Below are positions 1 to 10,891 of a stretch of 64,000 bases of DNA, in pieces; within the stretch, counting starts at the first letter, position 1; every line of letters begins with the position of its first letter. The stretch is taken from assembly GCA_028715415.1 (NCBI GenBank), contig JAQURX010000005.1:64043-128042 (forward strand), given 5' to 3'. Under the pieces are notes generated by a model, which worked only from the letters and a program-made list of their open reading frames with translations, was not told the origin of the DNA and did no database searches. The position numbers and the translations under genes are program-made. Source of the DNA: Candidatus Omnitrophota bacterium. Lineage in GTDB: Bacteria; Omnitrophota; Gorgyraeia; Gygaellales; Profunditerraquicolaceae.

Positions 1-429
1 CGGGAGAACTGTCATATAAACAGTTGATACCAGAGGAGCTGTACCTGCAGGGATATAAACCCCCACCCTTTCAAGTGGAGTAAAATTCTCTCCCAAAATA
101 ACCCCATCCCCATCCTTAATTCTCCAGGATTTCTTGATAGTCTTACGATAAAAACGATTTACATTCTCAATAATTACTTTTAAAGTAGAGACAAAGTTAG
201 GGCTGATATTTTGATAAGCGCCACTAATTTCAATCTCCGAGACTTTAAGCTGCCTTAAGGATAATTTTACACGATCAAATTTTTTCGTATATTTCAATAA
301 TGCTTCATCCCCCAAGACACGCACATCATCAATAATCTTTTTGACTTTGTCTTCAACGCGTTTCTGCCTTTGGGACCCACGATTGTATATTTTTTCTAAT
401 TCTTTACTGGTAAACCTAATAACTTTCAT
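1..429 (-). CDS. hisD: Histidinol dehydrogenase, N-terminal part (gene continues beyond window start)
   Basis: Minus-strand translation from ATG at 429 gives MKVIRFTSKELEKIYNRGSQRQKRVEDKVKKIIDDVRVLGDEALLKYTKKFDRV...GVYIPAGTAPLVSTVYM, typical HisD N-terminus; start overlaps alaS stop (ATGA). Not in ORF track because partial. Confidence 0.6.
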   Translation of the reverse strand, partial: MKVIRFTSKELEKIYNRGSQRQKRVEDKVKKIIDDVRVLGDEALLKYTKKFDRVKLSLRQLKVSEIEISGAYQNISPNFVSTLKVIIENVNRFYRKTIKKSWRIKDGDGVILGENFTPLERVGVYIPAGTAPLVSTVYMTVLP

Positions 430-3044
430 TTTTTGTATTCCTTGACTAAAGTTTTAATTTTTTCAAAAACTAACTGCAATCCCGCTGGGTTATTGCCTCC
501 TGCCTGGGCAAAATCTTTTCTTCCACCGCCATTTCCCCCGATTTCTTTTGCTGCTTCCTTAATAAAAATTGAAGCATCAAAGCCTTTTTCACATAAATCT
601 GGAGTTACGCCAATAACAAGAAATGCCTTATCAGAACTTCCGGAACCTAAAACAATTATTGAATTATTAGTTTTTTCTTTAATTAAATCTACGTTTTTTC
701 TTAACAAATTCATATCTAAATTATCAATAATTTTAGTTATTACCTTTACCCCGTTTAAATCTTCAGCCTCATTAGCCAAAGAATCGATAGATGACTTAAG
801 ATTATCCATTTTTTGAGAATTAATCTGCTTTTCTAATTCTTTAATTTTATCAACTTTTTTCTGTGTTTCTACAGCAGCACTTTCAACTGAAGTATTTAAT
901 GAAGAGCAGATATCTTTAAGATAAGATTCCTCATTTTTAATTATTCTATAAGCATTTATCCCGGTTGTTGCCTCAATCCTTCGGATTCCGCTTGCAATAG
1001 AGCCTTCAGAAATAATCTTAAATAAACCTATTTGGCCGGTTGCGTTAAGATGAGTCCCGCCGCAAAATTCTTTTGAAACCTTATCAACCGAAACTACCCT
1101 GACTTTTCCTTCATATTTTTCACCGAAGAACGCAAGCGCGCCTGTCTTTTTTGCCTCTTTTAATAACAATTGTTTAGTTTCAAGGGATAAATTTGATAAA
1201 ACATAACCATTAACCACTTCCTCAATCCTGCTTAACTCATCATTATTAATATTTTTAAAGTGGGTAAAATCAAAACGGAATTTAATATTATCAACCAGCG
1301 AACCCTGCTGCTGAACATGCGTACCTAAAACTTTTCTTAGAGCCGCCTGTAAAAGATGCGTTGCAGTATGGTTTCTTGCAATACTAAGCCTGCGCTCTAT
1401 ATCTACGTCAGCAGTTATGGAATCAGACTTTTTAAAACTTCCGGATTTTACCTTTCCAATATGAATAACAACTTTTCCACTCTTTTGCGTATCAGTAACT
1501 TCAAAAATATTTTTTCCTTTAATAATTAAACCTGTATCTCCAATCTGGCCGCCAGACTCAGCATAAAAAGAAGTCGTATCTAATATTATCTGCGCTTCTT
1601 CACCTGAAGAAATTGCTTTAACCTGGGTATTATTCTTAATAATCCTTAAAATCTTAGCTTTTGTAGAATATTCTTTGTAGCCAACAAATTTTGTTTCTTT
1701 AATATCAGAATCCAGGCCTTTTAAATCAAACACATCGCCTTTCATTGAACTTTGCGATTTTGAACGCGTCTTTTGCCCTTCTAACTCTTTATTAAAAGAT
1801 TCAACAGAAACCTGGATTTTGTGTTTTTCCAGCCAATCTTTTGTTAATTCAAATGGGATTCCGTATGTATCATGTAATACAAAAGAAATCTTCCCGGCTA
1901 ACTCAGGGTTTCCTTCTTTTGGCAATACGGAAAATTTCTCTTTAAATAAAGTTGAGCTGGAGTTTAAAGTATTAATAAAATTCTTTTCTTCCGAAAGAAT
2001 AATATCTGCGATATTTTCTTTACGCTTAGCCAAATCAGGGTATGGCTCTTTCATGATTTGAACAACAACAGGAACCAACTTGTAAAGAAACGGTTCTTTC
2101 TGGCCCAAAGACCTTAAATGAAGCAAAGACTTACGGATCATTTTTCTGACAACATAGCCGCGTGATTCATTTGAAGGCAAAATTCCATCATAAATTGAAA
2201 AGGTTACGGCGCGGATATGATCGCTGATTGCATAGATTAAATCTTTACGATTTTTATTCTCAACATGTGCCGCAATCTCTTTAGTCAGCGGTTTAAATAA
2301 ATCAGTCTCAAAATTATTCTGGACTCCTTCAATAACCGCGGTTAACCGCTCTAAACCCATCCCTGTATCAATATTTTTATTCGGCAAAGGCTCTAACAAA
2401 CCGCTTTCTTTACGGTTAAACTGCGTAAAAACCAGATTCCAGACTTCAACAAATCTTCCACAACTGCAGCTAGGATCACAAGTTGTTTTCTTACAGCCAA
2501 CATTGCTGCCAAAATCATAGAAAATTTCAGAGCAAGGCCCGCATGGCCCATTCGGGCCCTTTTCTTTTGCCTCTTGAGGCCAAAAGTTATCTTTATCACC
2601 CAACTTAATTATTTTATTAACCGGTATCTTTATTGAATCGCGCCAAATTCTGTAGGCTTCGTCATCATCTTTATAAACAGAAACCCATAATTTTGATTCA
2701 TCAATCTTCAGCTCTTTAGTCAAGAATTCCCACGCCCAGCCAATCGCCTCTTCTTTGAAATAATCCCCGAAAGAAAAGTTTCCCAGCATTTCAAAAAAAG
2801 TATGGTGGCCGATAGTTTTCCCTACTTTTTCCAAATCATCAGTCCTCAAACAGCGCTGAGAGGTAGCAGCCCTTTTAAAACCAGAATCGAATCCTAAAAA
2901 TTCTTTTTTAAACTGATTCATCCCGGCAGGAGTGAATAATACAGTAGGATCATCCTTGGGAGCGAGTGAATCGCTTTCAATTATCTTATGTTTCTTAGCT
3001 TTAAAAAAATCAAGAAACTTCTTTCGTAGGATATCTGCTTGCAT
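426..3044 (-). CDS. alaS: Alanine--tRNA ligase
   Basis: 872 aa; class II aaRS core, HxxxH/CxxxH zinc editing motifs (HTATHLL, CGGTH), C-terminal DHHA1-like region. Confidence 0.95.
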   Translation of the reverse strand: MQADILRKKFLDFFKAKKHKIIESDSLAPKDDPTVLFTPAGMNQFKKEFLGFDSGFKRAATSQRCLRTDDLEKVGKTIGHHTFFEMLGNFSFGDYFKEEAIGWAWEFLTKELKIDESKLWVSVYKDDDEAYRIWRDSIKIPVNKIIKLGDKDNFWPQEAKEKGPNGPCGPCSEIFYDFGSNVGCKKTTCDPSCSCGRFVEVWNLVFTQFNRKESGLLEPLPNKNIDTGMGLERLTAVIEGVQNNFETDLFKPLTKEIAAHVENKNRKDLIYAISDHIRAVTFSIYDGILPSNESRGYVVRKMIRKSLLHLRSLGQKEPFLYKLVPVVVQIMKEPYPDLAKRKENIADIILSEEKNFINTLNSSSTLFKEKFSVLPKEGNPELAGKISFVLHDTYGIPFELTKDWLEKHKIQVSVESFNKELEGQKTRSKSQSSMKGDVFDLKGLDSDIKETKFVGYKEYSTKAKILRIIKNNTQVKAISSGEEAQIILDTTSFYAESGGQIGDTGLIIKGKNIFEVTDTQKSGKVVIHIGKVKSGSFKKSDSITADVDIERRLSIARNHTATHLLQAALRKVLGTHVQQQGSLVDNIKFRFDFTHFKNINNDELSRIEEVVNGYVLSNLSLETKQLLLKEAKKTGALAFFGEKYEGKVRVVSVDKVSKEFCGGTHLNATGQIGLFKIISEGSIASGIRRIEATTGINAYRIIKNEESYLKDICSSLNTSVESAAVETQKKVDKIKELEKQINSQKMDNLKSSIDSLANEAEDLNGVKVITKIIDNLDMNLLRKNVDLIKEKTNNSIIVLGSGSSDKAFLVIGVTPDLCEKGFDASIFIKEAAKEIGGNGGGRKDFAQAGGNNPAGLQLVFEKIKTLVKEYKK

Positions 3045-3046
3045 TT

Positions 3047-3508
3047 TTAACTTAAAGCCTCATAAATTATTTCAGGAGAAAATCCACGCCTCAGAAGATA
3101 TCCGTAAATCCTTCTTTTAACTACTTGCGGGTCAATCCCCTTAAGCTTGCTCAGCCTTTCTTCAACAATTGACTTAACTACTTCGCTTTCCGAATAATCA
3201 GAAGCAACTTTTTTTACCTGGCTATCAATAATTTTTTTACTAATGCCCTTTAGTTTAAGCTCGCTACAAATTCTGCGTAATCCTAATTTGCGATTAATGC
3301 GGGACTTAATCCAAGCCTTACTAAACTTCTCATCGTCTATGAATTCTTTTTCTTTAAGGAAATCAACTACCTGAGAAATTACATTACTGTCAAATTGCTT
3401 TCTTCTTAACCTGTCACGCAATTCATTCTCGCTGCGCAAACGGAATTTGAGCAGTAAGAAAGCATATTCCTTTGCTTTTTGAATAGCCTCTTCGTTATTT
3501 ATTCTCAC
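3047..3508 (-). CDS. recX: RecX family regulatory protein
   Basis: 153 aa, three-helix repeat RecX-like sequence; sits in conserved recA...recX-alaS neighbourhood. Confidence 0.7.
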   Translation of the reverse strand: MRINNEEAIQKAKEYAFLLLKFRLRSENELRDRLRRKQFDSNVISQVVDFLKEKEFIDDEKFSKAWIKSRINRKLGLRRICSELKLKGISKKIIDSQVKKVASDYSESEVVKSIVEERLSKLKGIDPQVVKRRIYGYLLRRGFSPEIIYEALS

Positions 3509-4988
3509 TTTTTATCACATAGAATCCGCGAGAGGTCCTGATTAAACAATTGCCTTTTGAATCTTTAATAATTCTTTTATAATCAGCTAAATTCTTAACT
3601 GGCTGCTTATTAATTTCCAATATTATTTCGCCTTGGTTTAATCCGGAATCATCAGCAGGGCTCCCTGGCTCAACATCAGTAATTAAAACTCCAGCTCTTT
3701 CTTCTATCCCAAATCGCCTGCTCATTTCAGGGCTAAGATCTTGGACCTGCAAACCACGCCAGCTAGGCTCAGATTTTTCTTCCATGCCTTCAAATGAATC
3801 TGAAGTCAGGTTTGAAGGCCTTTCACTTATTACTACTTCAAAAACCATTTCCTTCTTATCCCTTAAAACAGCTACTTTTACCCTGCTGCCGACTTCAGCC
3901 TTGCCAACACTATCTAATAATTCTTTCACATTATTAATAGTCTTGCCGCCAAATGATTTTATAATATCTTTATCCTTTAAACCGGCTTTCATTGCCGGCC
4001 CATCTTCCAAAACCTTGGCTACCAAAACCCCATTCTTACTGGAAGCTCCGAAATAGCCCGCTAAATCTTCAGTTAAATCCTGGACAGTAATACCCAGCCA
4101 GCCATAGAGGATCTTTTTCCCCTCTTTTAACTTAGTCATAATTCTTTTTGCCCTGTTAGCAGGGATAGCGAAACCCACCCCTTGATAACCACCGCTCGTA
4201 GAGAATATCGCTACATTGATCCCTACAACTTCACCCTTAAGATTAACTAAAGGCCCCCCTGAGTTGCCGGGATTAATTGCAGCATCGGTTTGTATTAAAT
4301 CATTGTAATCCCTATCCCGGGAAAGCATATTTCCAAGGCTGCGGTGCAAAGCTCCAATCACCCCCGCAGTTACTGTCGGTTCGGGATTTTGCATTGCAAA
4401 ACCAAAAGGATTTCCTATTGCAACTACCCATTGGCCGATTTTTATATCATCAGAATTACCGAGAGAAATAAAAGGCAGATTATGTGCATTGATTTTAATA
4501 ACCGCTAAATCTGACCGCTCATCTCTTCCTTTAACTTCGCCTTTAAACTGCCTTCCGTCAGGAAGATTAACTGTGATCTTATCAGCACCATTAATTACAT
4601 GCTCATTAGTTAAAATATAACCTTCAGCGTCAATAATTACTCCTGAGCCTAAACCTGATTGCTTAAACTCTCTATCCGGCATTTCCCCGAAAAAATCGTC
4701 AAAAAAACTTCTAAAGGAATCGTTCTCTTCAAAAGGAGAACCGCGAAAAGGGCTGGACCGGTAAACTCTTTTTGTGCTTTTAATCTTCTCTGTATGTTCA
4801 GTACTTATCGACACAACTGCTTTCCCCGCTTTTTCCGCCACTTTAATTACCGCATTCTCAAAATCAGTAGAAACTGTTTCCGATTTGTTAAGGACAGTGG
4901 GTTCTGCGCCTTCAGCAAAACCAAAAAAGCCCAAACAAACCCCAATAGCCAAAAAGGATAAACCAAGCAAAAGGCTTCTTATTTTCAT
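3495..4988 (-). CDS. htrA: Periplasmic serine endoprotease DegP/HtrA family (trypsin domain + 2 PDZ)
   Basis: Signal peptide, catalytic triad context incl. GNSGGPL, two PDZ-like segments. Confidence 0.9.
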   Translation of the reverse strand: MKIRSLLLGLSFLAIGVCLGFFGFAEGAEPTVLNKSETVSTDFENAVIKVAEKAGKAVVSISTEHTEKIKSTKRVYRSSPFRGSPFEENDSFRSFFDDFFGEMPDREFKQSGLGSGVIIDAEGYILTNEHVINGADKITVNLPDGRQFKGEVKGRDERSDLAVIKINAHNLPFISLGNSDDIKIGQWVVAIGNPFGFAMQNPEPTVTAGVIGALHRSLGNMLSRDRDYNDLIQTDAAINPGNSGGPLVNLKGEVVGINVAIFSTSGGYQGVGFAIPANRAKRIMTKLKEGKKILYGWLGITVQDLTEDLAGYFGASSKNGVLVAKVLEDGPAMKAGLKDKDIIKSFGGKTINNVKELLDSVGKAEVGSRVKVAVLRDKKEMVFEVVISERPSNLTSDSFEGMEEKSEPSWRGLQVQDLSPEMSRRFGIEERAGVLITDVEPGSPADDSGLNQGEIILEINKQPVKNLADYKRIIKDSKGNCLIRTSRGFYVIKSENK

Positions 4989-5004
4989 ATATCCTCCTTT
5001 TTAA

Positions 5005-6069
5005 CTAAGCTGCAGATGCAACTTTTTTTCTTACTTCTTTTTCAATCTGATCTTGTATTTTCTGTTGTTCTTTTAATAATTTGATTGCGGCTTCCCGGCC
5101 CTGGCCAAGTTTTTCATTCTGAAAAGACAGCCAAGTTCCTGATTTTGCGATAATTTCCAGATTAATCGCAGCATCTAAAATTGCGCCGGTTTTAGATATT
5201 CCTTCATTATGCAAAATCTCAAATTCTGCCTCTTTAAATGGAGGTGAAACTTTATTTTTTACTACCCTTACTCTCACTCTTCCGCCGATAACGCTATCGC
5301 CTTCTTTCAAAGTTGCAATTCTCCTGACATCCAATCTTACTGAAGAGTAAAATTTAAGAGCGCGGCCACCCGGTGTTGTTTCCGGAGAACCAAACATAAC
5401 TCCAATTTTTTCTCTTAACTGATTGATAAAAATAACACAAGTCCTTGACTTACTGATTGCTCCAGTAAGTTTACGGAGTGCTTGAGACATAAGCCTTGCC
5501 TGAAGGCCGATATGAGAATCTCCCATTTCACCTTCAATTTCAGCTCTTGGCGTAAGGGCTGCAACTGAATCAATTACAACCATATCAACGGCGTTTGAGC
5601 GCACAAGAGTTTCTGCAATTTCTAATGCCTGTTCGCCTGTATCAGGCTGAGAAATTAAAAGATCATCCAAATTTACTCCGATTAACTTGGCATATGTTGA
5701 ATCAAAAGCATGTTCAGCGTCAATAAACGCGGCAACGCCACCTTTTCTTTGAATTTCTCTAATCGCAGTTAAAGTAAGCGTAGTTTTTCCCGAAGCTTCA
5801 GGCCCAAAGATTTCAACAACCCTTCCTCGCGGTAATCCACCTACACCTAAAGCCAAATCCAGAGTTAATGCTCCCGTAGGGATTGCATCTACATTAATCT
5901 TTACAGCTTGCCCAAGCTTCATAATTGAGCCTTTGCCAAACTGCTTTTCAATATGGCTTAAGGCTAATTCCAGCGCCTTTTGCCTGTCAGATAGATTCTT
6001 TGTTTCTTCCTTAACTGCAACATTAGAATTTTCCGTTTTCGCTGGATGCGTTTTCTTTTCTATAGACAT
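5005..6069 (-). CDS. recA: Recombinase RecA
   Basis: 354 aa; Walker [10 protein letters not shown], canonical RecA core sequence throughout. Confidence 0.97.
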   Translation of the reverse strand: MSIEKKTHPAKTENSNVAVKEETKNLSDRQKALELALSHIEKQFGKGSIMKLGQAVKINVDAIPTGALTLDLALGVGGLPRGRVVEIFGPEASGKTTLTLTAIREIQRKGGVAAFIDAEHAFDSTYAKLIGVNLDDLLISQPDTGEQALEIAETLVRSNAVDMVVIDSVAALTPRAEIEGEMGDSHIGLQARLMSQALRKLTGAISKSRTCVIFINQLREKIGVMFGSPETTPGGRALKFYSSVRLDVRRIATLKEGDSVIGGRVRVRVVKNKVSPPFKEAEFEILHNEGISKTGAILDAAINLEIIAKSGTWLSFQNEKLGQGREAAIKLLKEQQKIQDQIEKEVRKKVASAA

Positions 6070-6236
6070 TTAACTCCTCCAATTTTATATAGTTAATAGA
6101 AGATGATATTATATCTTAGACCGCTTTTCCTGTCAAACAAATTAAGGATCCATTTTGTTTTCCTCCTTCCTGCTATCAATAGACGAAAAGGTAGGCTAAA
6201 TCTAACAAAAAAACTAGTTTATCAGCTTCTGAAACA

Positions 6237-7436
6237 TTGACATTGTTCTTAAAATATGTTAGATTTACTGCTATGGACGAAATCACCAAATTAAAGCAGG
6301 AATTGGTTCAGACAAAAAACGAGCTTAATATTTTGTATGAAGTATCCAACGCAATGAGGACTACTTTAAAGCTCGATGAGATCCTTTATATTATCCTTAC
6401 AGGCGTAACAGCCCATACTGCCTTAGGGTTTAATAGGGCGCTCTTATTTCTCGTAAACGAAAAAGACGGCCTTATTGAAGGAAGAATGGGTATTGGGCCT
6501 GAAACTGGCGAAGAGGCCAATCGGATTTGGAATCAGATAGACCAGGAAAAGATGGATATGGATGACCTTATCAATAATTACAAATTCTCAAACCATGTTT
6601 CCGGATCGGGTTTTAATCGTCAAGTCCAACATTTAAGGATATCACTGCAAGAACGTAATAACGATTTACTTACTATGGCAGTCCTGGAAGGTATGCCCTT
6701 ACATCTTACAAGAGAAACTATACAAAGCTATAAAAGCTCTCCTATAATTCAAATACTTAAAAGCGAAGAATTAGTGCTTATCCCACTAAAAGCAAAAGAT
6801 AAAATCAACGGATTAATCGTAGCTGACAACTTTATAACTAAAAAACCAATCAGTAAAGACGATTTGCGCATGTTAATCATGCTTGCCAACCAGGCGGGCC
6901 TTGCAATTGAAAACTCCCAACTTTTTGAGAAAACATTCTTGCGCGCACACATGGATTCCTTAACTGAGCTTTGGAATCACGGGTATTTTCAGTTTCTTTT
7001 ACAGTCTGAAATTGAAAAATCAAAAATAATGTCTCTTCCCTTAAGCTTAATCATGCTTGATATTGATGATTTTAAGATTTATAACGACACTCTCGGGCAT
7101 CAAGACGGAGATAGGATACTTAAAGAATTAGCGATACTACTTAAAAACCAATCAAGAAAAATGGACTTTGTCTGCAGATACGGTGGAGAAGAATTTACTA
7201 TAATCCTACCAAAAACAGACAAAAAAGAAGCATACCTGATTGCAGAACGTATCAGAATGGATATTGAAAAACAGAAATTTATGCAAGAAGGAATTTTCCC
7301 TCAGAAGAAATTAACGGCAAGTTTAGGCTTGGCAAGCTTTCCTGAGGATGGGACTACACCCCAAGAATTACTCTCCGCAACAGATAAAACACTTTATATC
7401 GCTAAAAATAAAGGAAAAAACAGAACCTGCTGTTAA
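6237..7436 (+). CDS. GAF domain-containing diguanylate cyclase (GGDEF)
   Basis: C-terminal RYGGEEF active-site motif; N-terminal GAF-like region; true start may be the internal ATG at 6273 (MDEITKL). Confidence 0.85.
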   Translation: MTLFLKYVRFTAMDEITKLKQELVQTKNELNILYEVSNAMRTTLKLDEILYIILTGVTAHTALGFNRALLFLVNEKDGLIEGRMGIGPETGEEANRIWNQIDQEKMDMDDLINNYKFSNHVSGSGFNRQVQHLRISLQERNNDLLTMAVLEGMPLHLTRETIQSYKSSPIIQILKSEELVLIPLKAKDKINGLIVADNFITKKPISKDDLRMLIMLANQAGLAIENSQLFEKTFLRAHMDSLTELWNHGYFQFLLQSEIEKSKIMSLPLSLIMLDIDDFKIYNDTLGHQDGDRILKELAILLKNQSRKMDFVCRYGGEEFTIILPKTDKKEAYLIAERIRMDIEKQKFMQEGIFPQKKLTASLGLASFPEDGTTPQELLSATDKTLYIAKNKGKNRTCC

Positions 7437-10400
7437 ACAGGTTCTGCCACAGCAACATCAGGCGATTTTTCTTCTTTCTTCTTATCCTGCGAAAATTTTA
7501 CAGAAACAATCTTTGAAACTCCGGACTGCTGCATGGTAATCCCATACATGACATCCGCGTTAGCAATTGTCTTTTTGTTGTGAGTAATCACGATAAACTG
7601 TGAGCCGGTTGCAAATTCCTGAAGCGCCCTGCTAAACCTGTCTACATTTGCCTCGTCAAGAGCTGCATCAATTTCATCTAAGATGCAAAACGGCGACGGC
7701 TTTACCTTAAAAATCGCGAAAATTAAAGCAATTGCTGACATTGATTTTTCCCCGCCGGAAAGCAATAAAACATTCTGCAGCTTTTTACCCGGAGGCCTGC
7801 AGATAATTTCAATACCTGACTCTAAAGGATCCTGTTCATCAATGAGGAATACCTGTGCATCTCCACCATTAAAAAGCATTTTAAAGTAATTCCTGAATTC
7901 AACACTTACCTTCTCAAAAGTCTCCAAAAACATTTGTTTTGTTGTCCTATTAATCTTTAGAATAGCCTGATGCAATGATTCTTTGGCCGAAAGCAAATCT
8001 GTCTGCTGCTGGATCAGGAAATCATACCGCTTTTTTAGCTCATCATATTCTTCAATTGCAACTAAGTTAACAGAACCGTAAGAATTAACTTTTTCTTTTA
8101 ACTTCTCAATTTCCTGAGAAATTAAAGCTACATCCACTTCGTAAGTTAAATCTGGCTGCGCCTCCAGATCAACGCTATATGACTGTAAAAGCCTGTCTTT
8201 TATGGTTGAATATTTATAATCAATGTCTTTATCCTGCATCTGCAAACTATATAAACAGTCTTTTAGAGAATCCAATTCCCTCCTATCAGAATCAATCTTA
8301 GAGACAACTCCCGAAGTCCCCTCTGAAACCTCCCGGTACTTCTTTTCCACTTCAGTCAAAACCTTTGATTCTTCTTCAATCTTCTTGCTGCTGTCTTGAA
8401 TCTTTGCTTCACATTCACTAATCTCATTAATTAAAAAATCTTCTTTAGCTTTTGATTCAATTATCTGTTTTTCCGAATTAGCTAAGTTGTCCTTATCTCT
8501 TAAAAAAGCTTCGTTTAAAAGATTAAAGGTTGCCTCGTCAGAATAAATTCGCTTGTTTAACGAATCAAGTTCGGTTTTTATCTGAGTTATGGCTACCAAA
8601 AGCCCTTCTCTTGTCTTGGCGCTTTCTGAGATGTTGCCTTCCTCTTGCAAAATCAAATCTTCAGATTGACGCTCAAGGCTACAAAGTTCTTCAAGATGAA
8701 GTTTTGAAACTTCAATATTAGTAGTCAAAACAGTTATTTCTTTAATTACATCGCTTAACTCCAAAACAATAATATCTTCTTCCTCTTTAATCTTATTAAA
8801 CTGCTCTTTAATCGTTGAATAAGTAGTCTCTTTATTAGCAAGAGCAATCTCCTGATTACGCAATTCTTGCTGCAATCCGTTAATTGAAGAATTCAATTCA
8901 TTAATTTTAACTTCTTTGCCAGATTTGGAAATTTTTAAAGCATCCACATCCAATTGCAGCTTACTTATTTTTTCATCAATTTTCTGGGTATCTAACTCAA
9001 TAGGCTTTGCTTCTCCAGAAAGCTTGAAACTTGCTCCTTGAAAATTAGCCTTATCCTGCTCGCTTAAATTAACATTATCTTTAATTTTTATCACCAATCC
9101 ACTCACATTATCAACTGGAAGCTTATCTAAATAAATAACAGCATTCATTGCTTCGCTGATATCTTCATATTTAGTCTTGAATTTCTCTAGAAACTCACGA
9201 TGAGACTCAAGAGTCAATCTTTGGCGGTCTAATGCAAGAATATCCGCGTTAATCTTATCTAAAACCAAGTTCTCCTGGCCTAATTCATTCTTAGCTGTAT
9301 TTAATTTTAGGTTAATTTCATCAACTATCAAACGCAAGGCCTCAACTTCCTGGGTAACAGTCTCCAGGCTTGCATCAATAATAACCTTTTCTTCGTAAAC
9401 TTTTGCCTTCTCAATATCAAGCCTTTTTCTTCTTGCTGTAAAAATTTGCTCCTTTGAATTAAAGTCAGCTATTTCGTTCTTTGTATTTGAAATTTTTGCC
9501 GCCAAATCAATAATCTCCCTTTTTTTGCTGGCAATCGTTTCCAAGGCCTGTTTGATTTTTAAAGACAAATCGGTTAATAAGCTATCCTTTTCACTTAAAG
9601 TTAGGCTTTTCTCCTCAATAGTTTTCTTTAAACCGTCATATTCAATTTTTACGTTGTTTAATTTCTCCTCGTCAACAACCAACTTGTTTCTTGCCTGCTC
9701 AACTTGAGCTTCTAAGTATTCTTTATTAGCAACCAACTCGGCAATTTTTTCTTTATTAAAACTTATGCGTTCGCTATTCCTGATTACCTGATTTTCTAAA
9801 TTCAATATCTGGTTTTTTGACTGCATGATGCTGTCTTCAAAGCCTTTTAATTCAGCCTGCCGATTTGCTATCTTAGCTTCCAATTCCGAAATAGAATTTA
9901 TTAATTCTGCCTCTCTTAATTCAAGCTTCTTAAGCTGGTTAATGATTTCATCTTTTTTTAGTAAAAATTCTTTTTTCTTTACGACGGCTAAAGTTACGTC
10001 TTTAGATTTTAGCTCCTCAAATACCTCTTTATACCTGCGTGCTTTATTAGCCTGCCTCTCAAGGCTGCCTATTTGGCGCTTAACTTCAACAACAATATCA
10101 TTCACACGCAGAAGATTCTGCTCAGTTTCTTCAATCCTCCTAAGAGTTTCTCTTTTTTGAGCTTTATATTTAGTAATTCCGGATGCTTCATCAAAAACCA
10201 TTCTCCGGTCTTCAGGTTTTGAACTTAAAATTAAATCAATCTTCCCCTGAGCAATAATAGAATAACTCTCTGCTCCAATACCGGTACCTAATAATAAATC
10301 CAAAATATCTTTAAGGCGCACTACTGTTTTATTAAGCAAGTACTCGCTTTCCCCTGAACGAAAGATTCTCCGGGTGATCGCCAGTTCCGAGCAATCATAA

Positions 10401-10675
10401 TTAAAAAACTTTGACTCATTATCAAAAGTTAGTGTAACTTCCGCCATACCTAAAGGTTCTTTTAAATCAGTCCCGTTAAAAATTACATCTTGCATATCAG
10501 ACCCGCGTAAAGATTTCGCAGATTGTTCTCCCAAAACCCAACGAATAGAATCAAAGATATTAGACTTCCCGCAGCCATTGGGCCCAACTACGGCAGTAAT
10601 CCCAGGCTCAAAATGCAAAATTGTTTTATCGCAGAATGATTTAAAACCAACTAATTCTAATTTTTTAAAATACAT
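7433..10675 (-). CDS. smc: Chromosome partition protein Smc
   Basis: 1080 aa; N-terminal Walker A GPNGCGKSN, long coiled coils, hinge, C-terminal LSGGEKS signature and Walker B ILDEIDAALD. Confidence 0.9.
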   Translation of the reverse strand: MYFKKLELVGFKSFCDKTILHFEPGITAVVGPNGCGKSNIFDSIRWVLGEQSAKSLRGSDMQDVIFNGTDLKEPLGMAEVTLTFDNESKFFNYDCSELAITRRIFRSGESEYLLNKTVVRLKDILDLLLGTGIGAESYSIIAQGKIDLILSSKPEDRRMVFDEASGITKYKAQKRETLRRIEETEQNLLRVNDIVVEVKRQIGSLERQANKARRYKEVFEELKSKDVTLAVVKKKEFLLKKDEIINQLKKLELREAELINSISELEAKIANRQAELKGFEDSIMQSKNQILNLENQVIRNSERISFNKEKIAELVANKEYLEAQVEQARNKLVVDEEKLNNVKIEYDGLKKTIEEKSLTLSEKDSLLTDLSLKIKQALETIASKKREIIDLAAKISNTKNEIADFNSKEQIFTARRKRLDIEKAKVYEEKVIIDASLETVTQEVEALRLIVDEINLKLNTAKNELGQENLVLDKINADILALDRQRLTLESHREFLEKFKTKYEDISEAMNAVIYLDKLPVDNVSGLVIKIKDNVNLSEQDKANFQGASFKLSGEAKPIELDTQKIDEKISKLQLDVDALKISKSGKEVKINELNSSINGLQQELRNQEIALANKETTYSTIKEQFNKIKEEEDIIVLELSDVIKEITVLTTNIEVSKLHLEELCSLERQSEDLILQEEGNISESAKTREGLLVAITQIKTELDSLNKRIYSDEATFNLLNEAFLRDKDNLANSEKQIIESKAKEDFLINEISECEAKIQDSSKKIEEESKVLTEVEKKYREVSEGTSGVVSKIDSDRRELDSLKDCLYSLQMQDKDIDYKYSTIKDRLLQSYSVDLEAQPDLTYEVDVALISQEIEKLKEKVNSYGSVNLVAIEEYDELKKRYDFLIQQQTDLLSAKESLHQAILKINRTTKQMFLETFEKVSVEFRNYFKMLFNGGDAQVFLIDEQDPLESGIEIICRPPGKKLQNVLLLSGGEKSMSAIALIFAIFKVKPSPFCILDEIDAALDEANVDRFSRALQEFATGSQFIVITHNKKTIANADVMYGITMQQSGVSKIVSVKFSQDKKKEEKSPDVAVAEPV

Positions 10676-10687
10676 AATGGGATCCCC

Positions 10688-10867
10688 CTAGTTATGTTCA
10701 GAGATATTTTCAATCCAAGCGTCAATCTTATCTTTCTTAAATCGCCACTGGCCAACCAACTTAACTGCAGGAATTTTTTTATGTTTAAGCCAGTCATAAA
10801 TAGTCCTACGCGTGACTTTTAAATAATCGGACAAATCTTCAATAGTCATCAATCCATTATTAACCAT
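10688..10867 (-). CDS. Small HTH_17/excisionase-family DNA-binding protein (59 aa), immediately upstream of smc
   Basis: Minus-strand ORF not in track (<60 aa): MVNNGLMTIEDLSDYLKVTRRTIYDWLKHKKIPAVKLVGQWRFKKDKIDAWIENISEHN; classic LxVSxxTIYxW HTH; SD AGGTGA 4-5 nt upstream. Confidence 0.55.
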   Translation of the reverse strand: MVNNGLMTIEDLSDYLKVTRRTIYDWLKHKKIPAVKLVGQWRFKKDKIDAWIENISEHN

Positions 10868-10891
10868 ATTTTCACCTAACCTTTTGATATT

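Noticed and set aside
433-816. Short antisense or out-of-frame ORFs inside well-supported genes. Examples: 433..816, 1819..2061, 3784..4056, 4659..4961, 6749..6952, 8530..8721, 14332..14610, 17337..17666, 18721..19101, 27211..27756, 51128..51637, 52970..53491, 55576..55923, 60149..60706.
   Set aside because: They are fully embedded in, or antisense to, longer ORFs with clear homology-type signatures. They have low-complexity translations and no independent translation signals.
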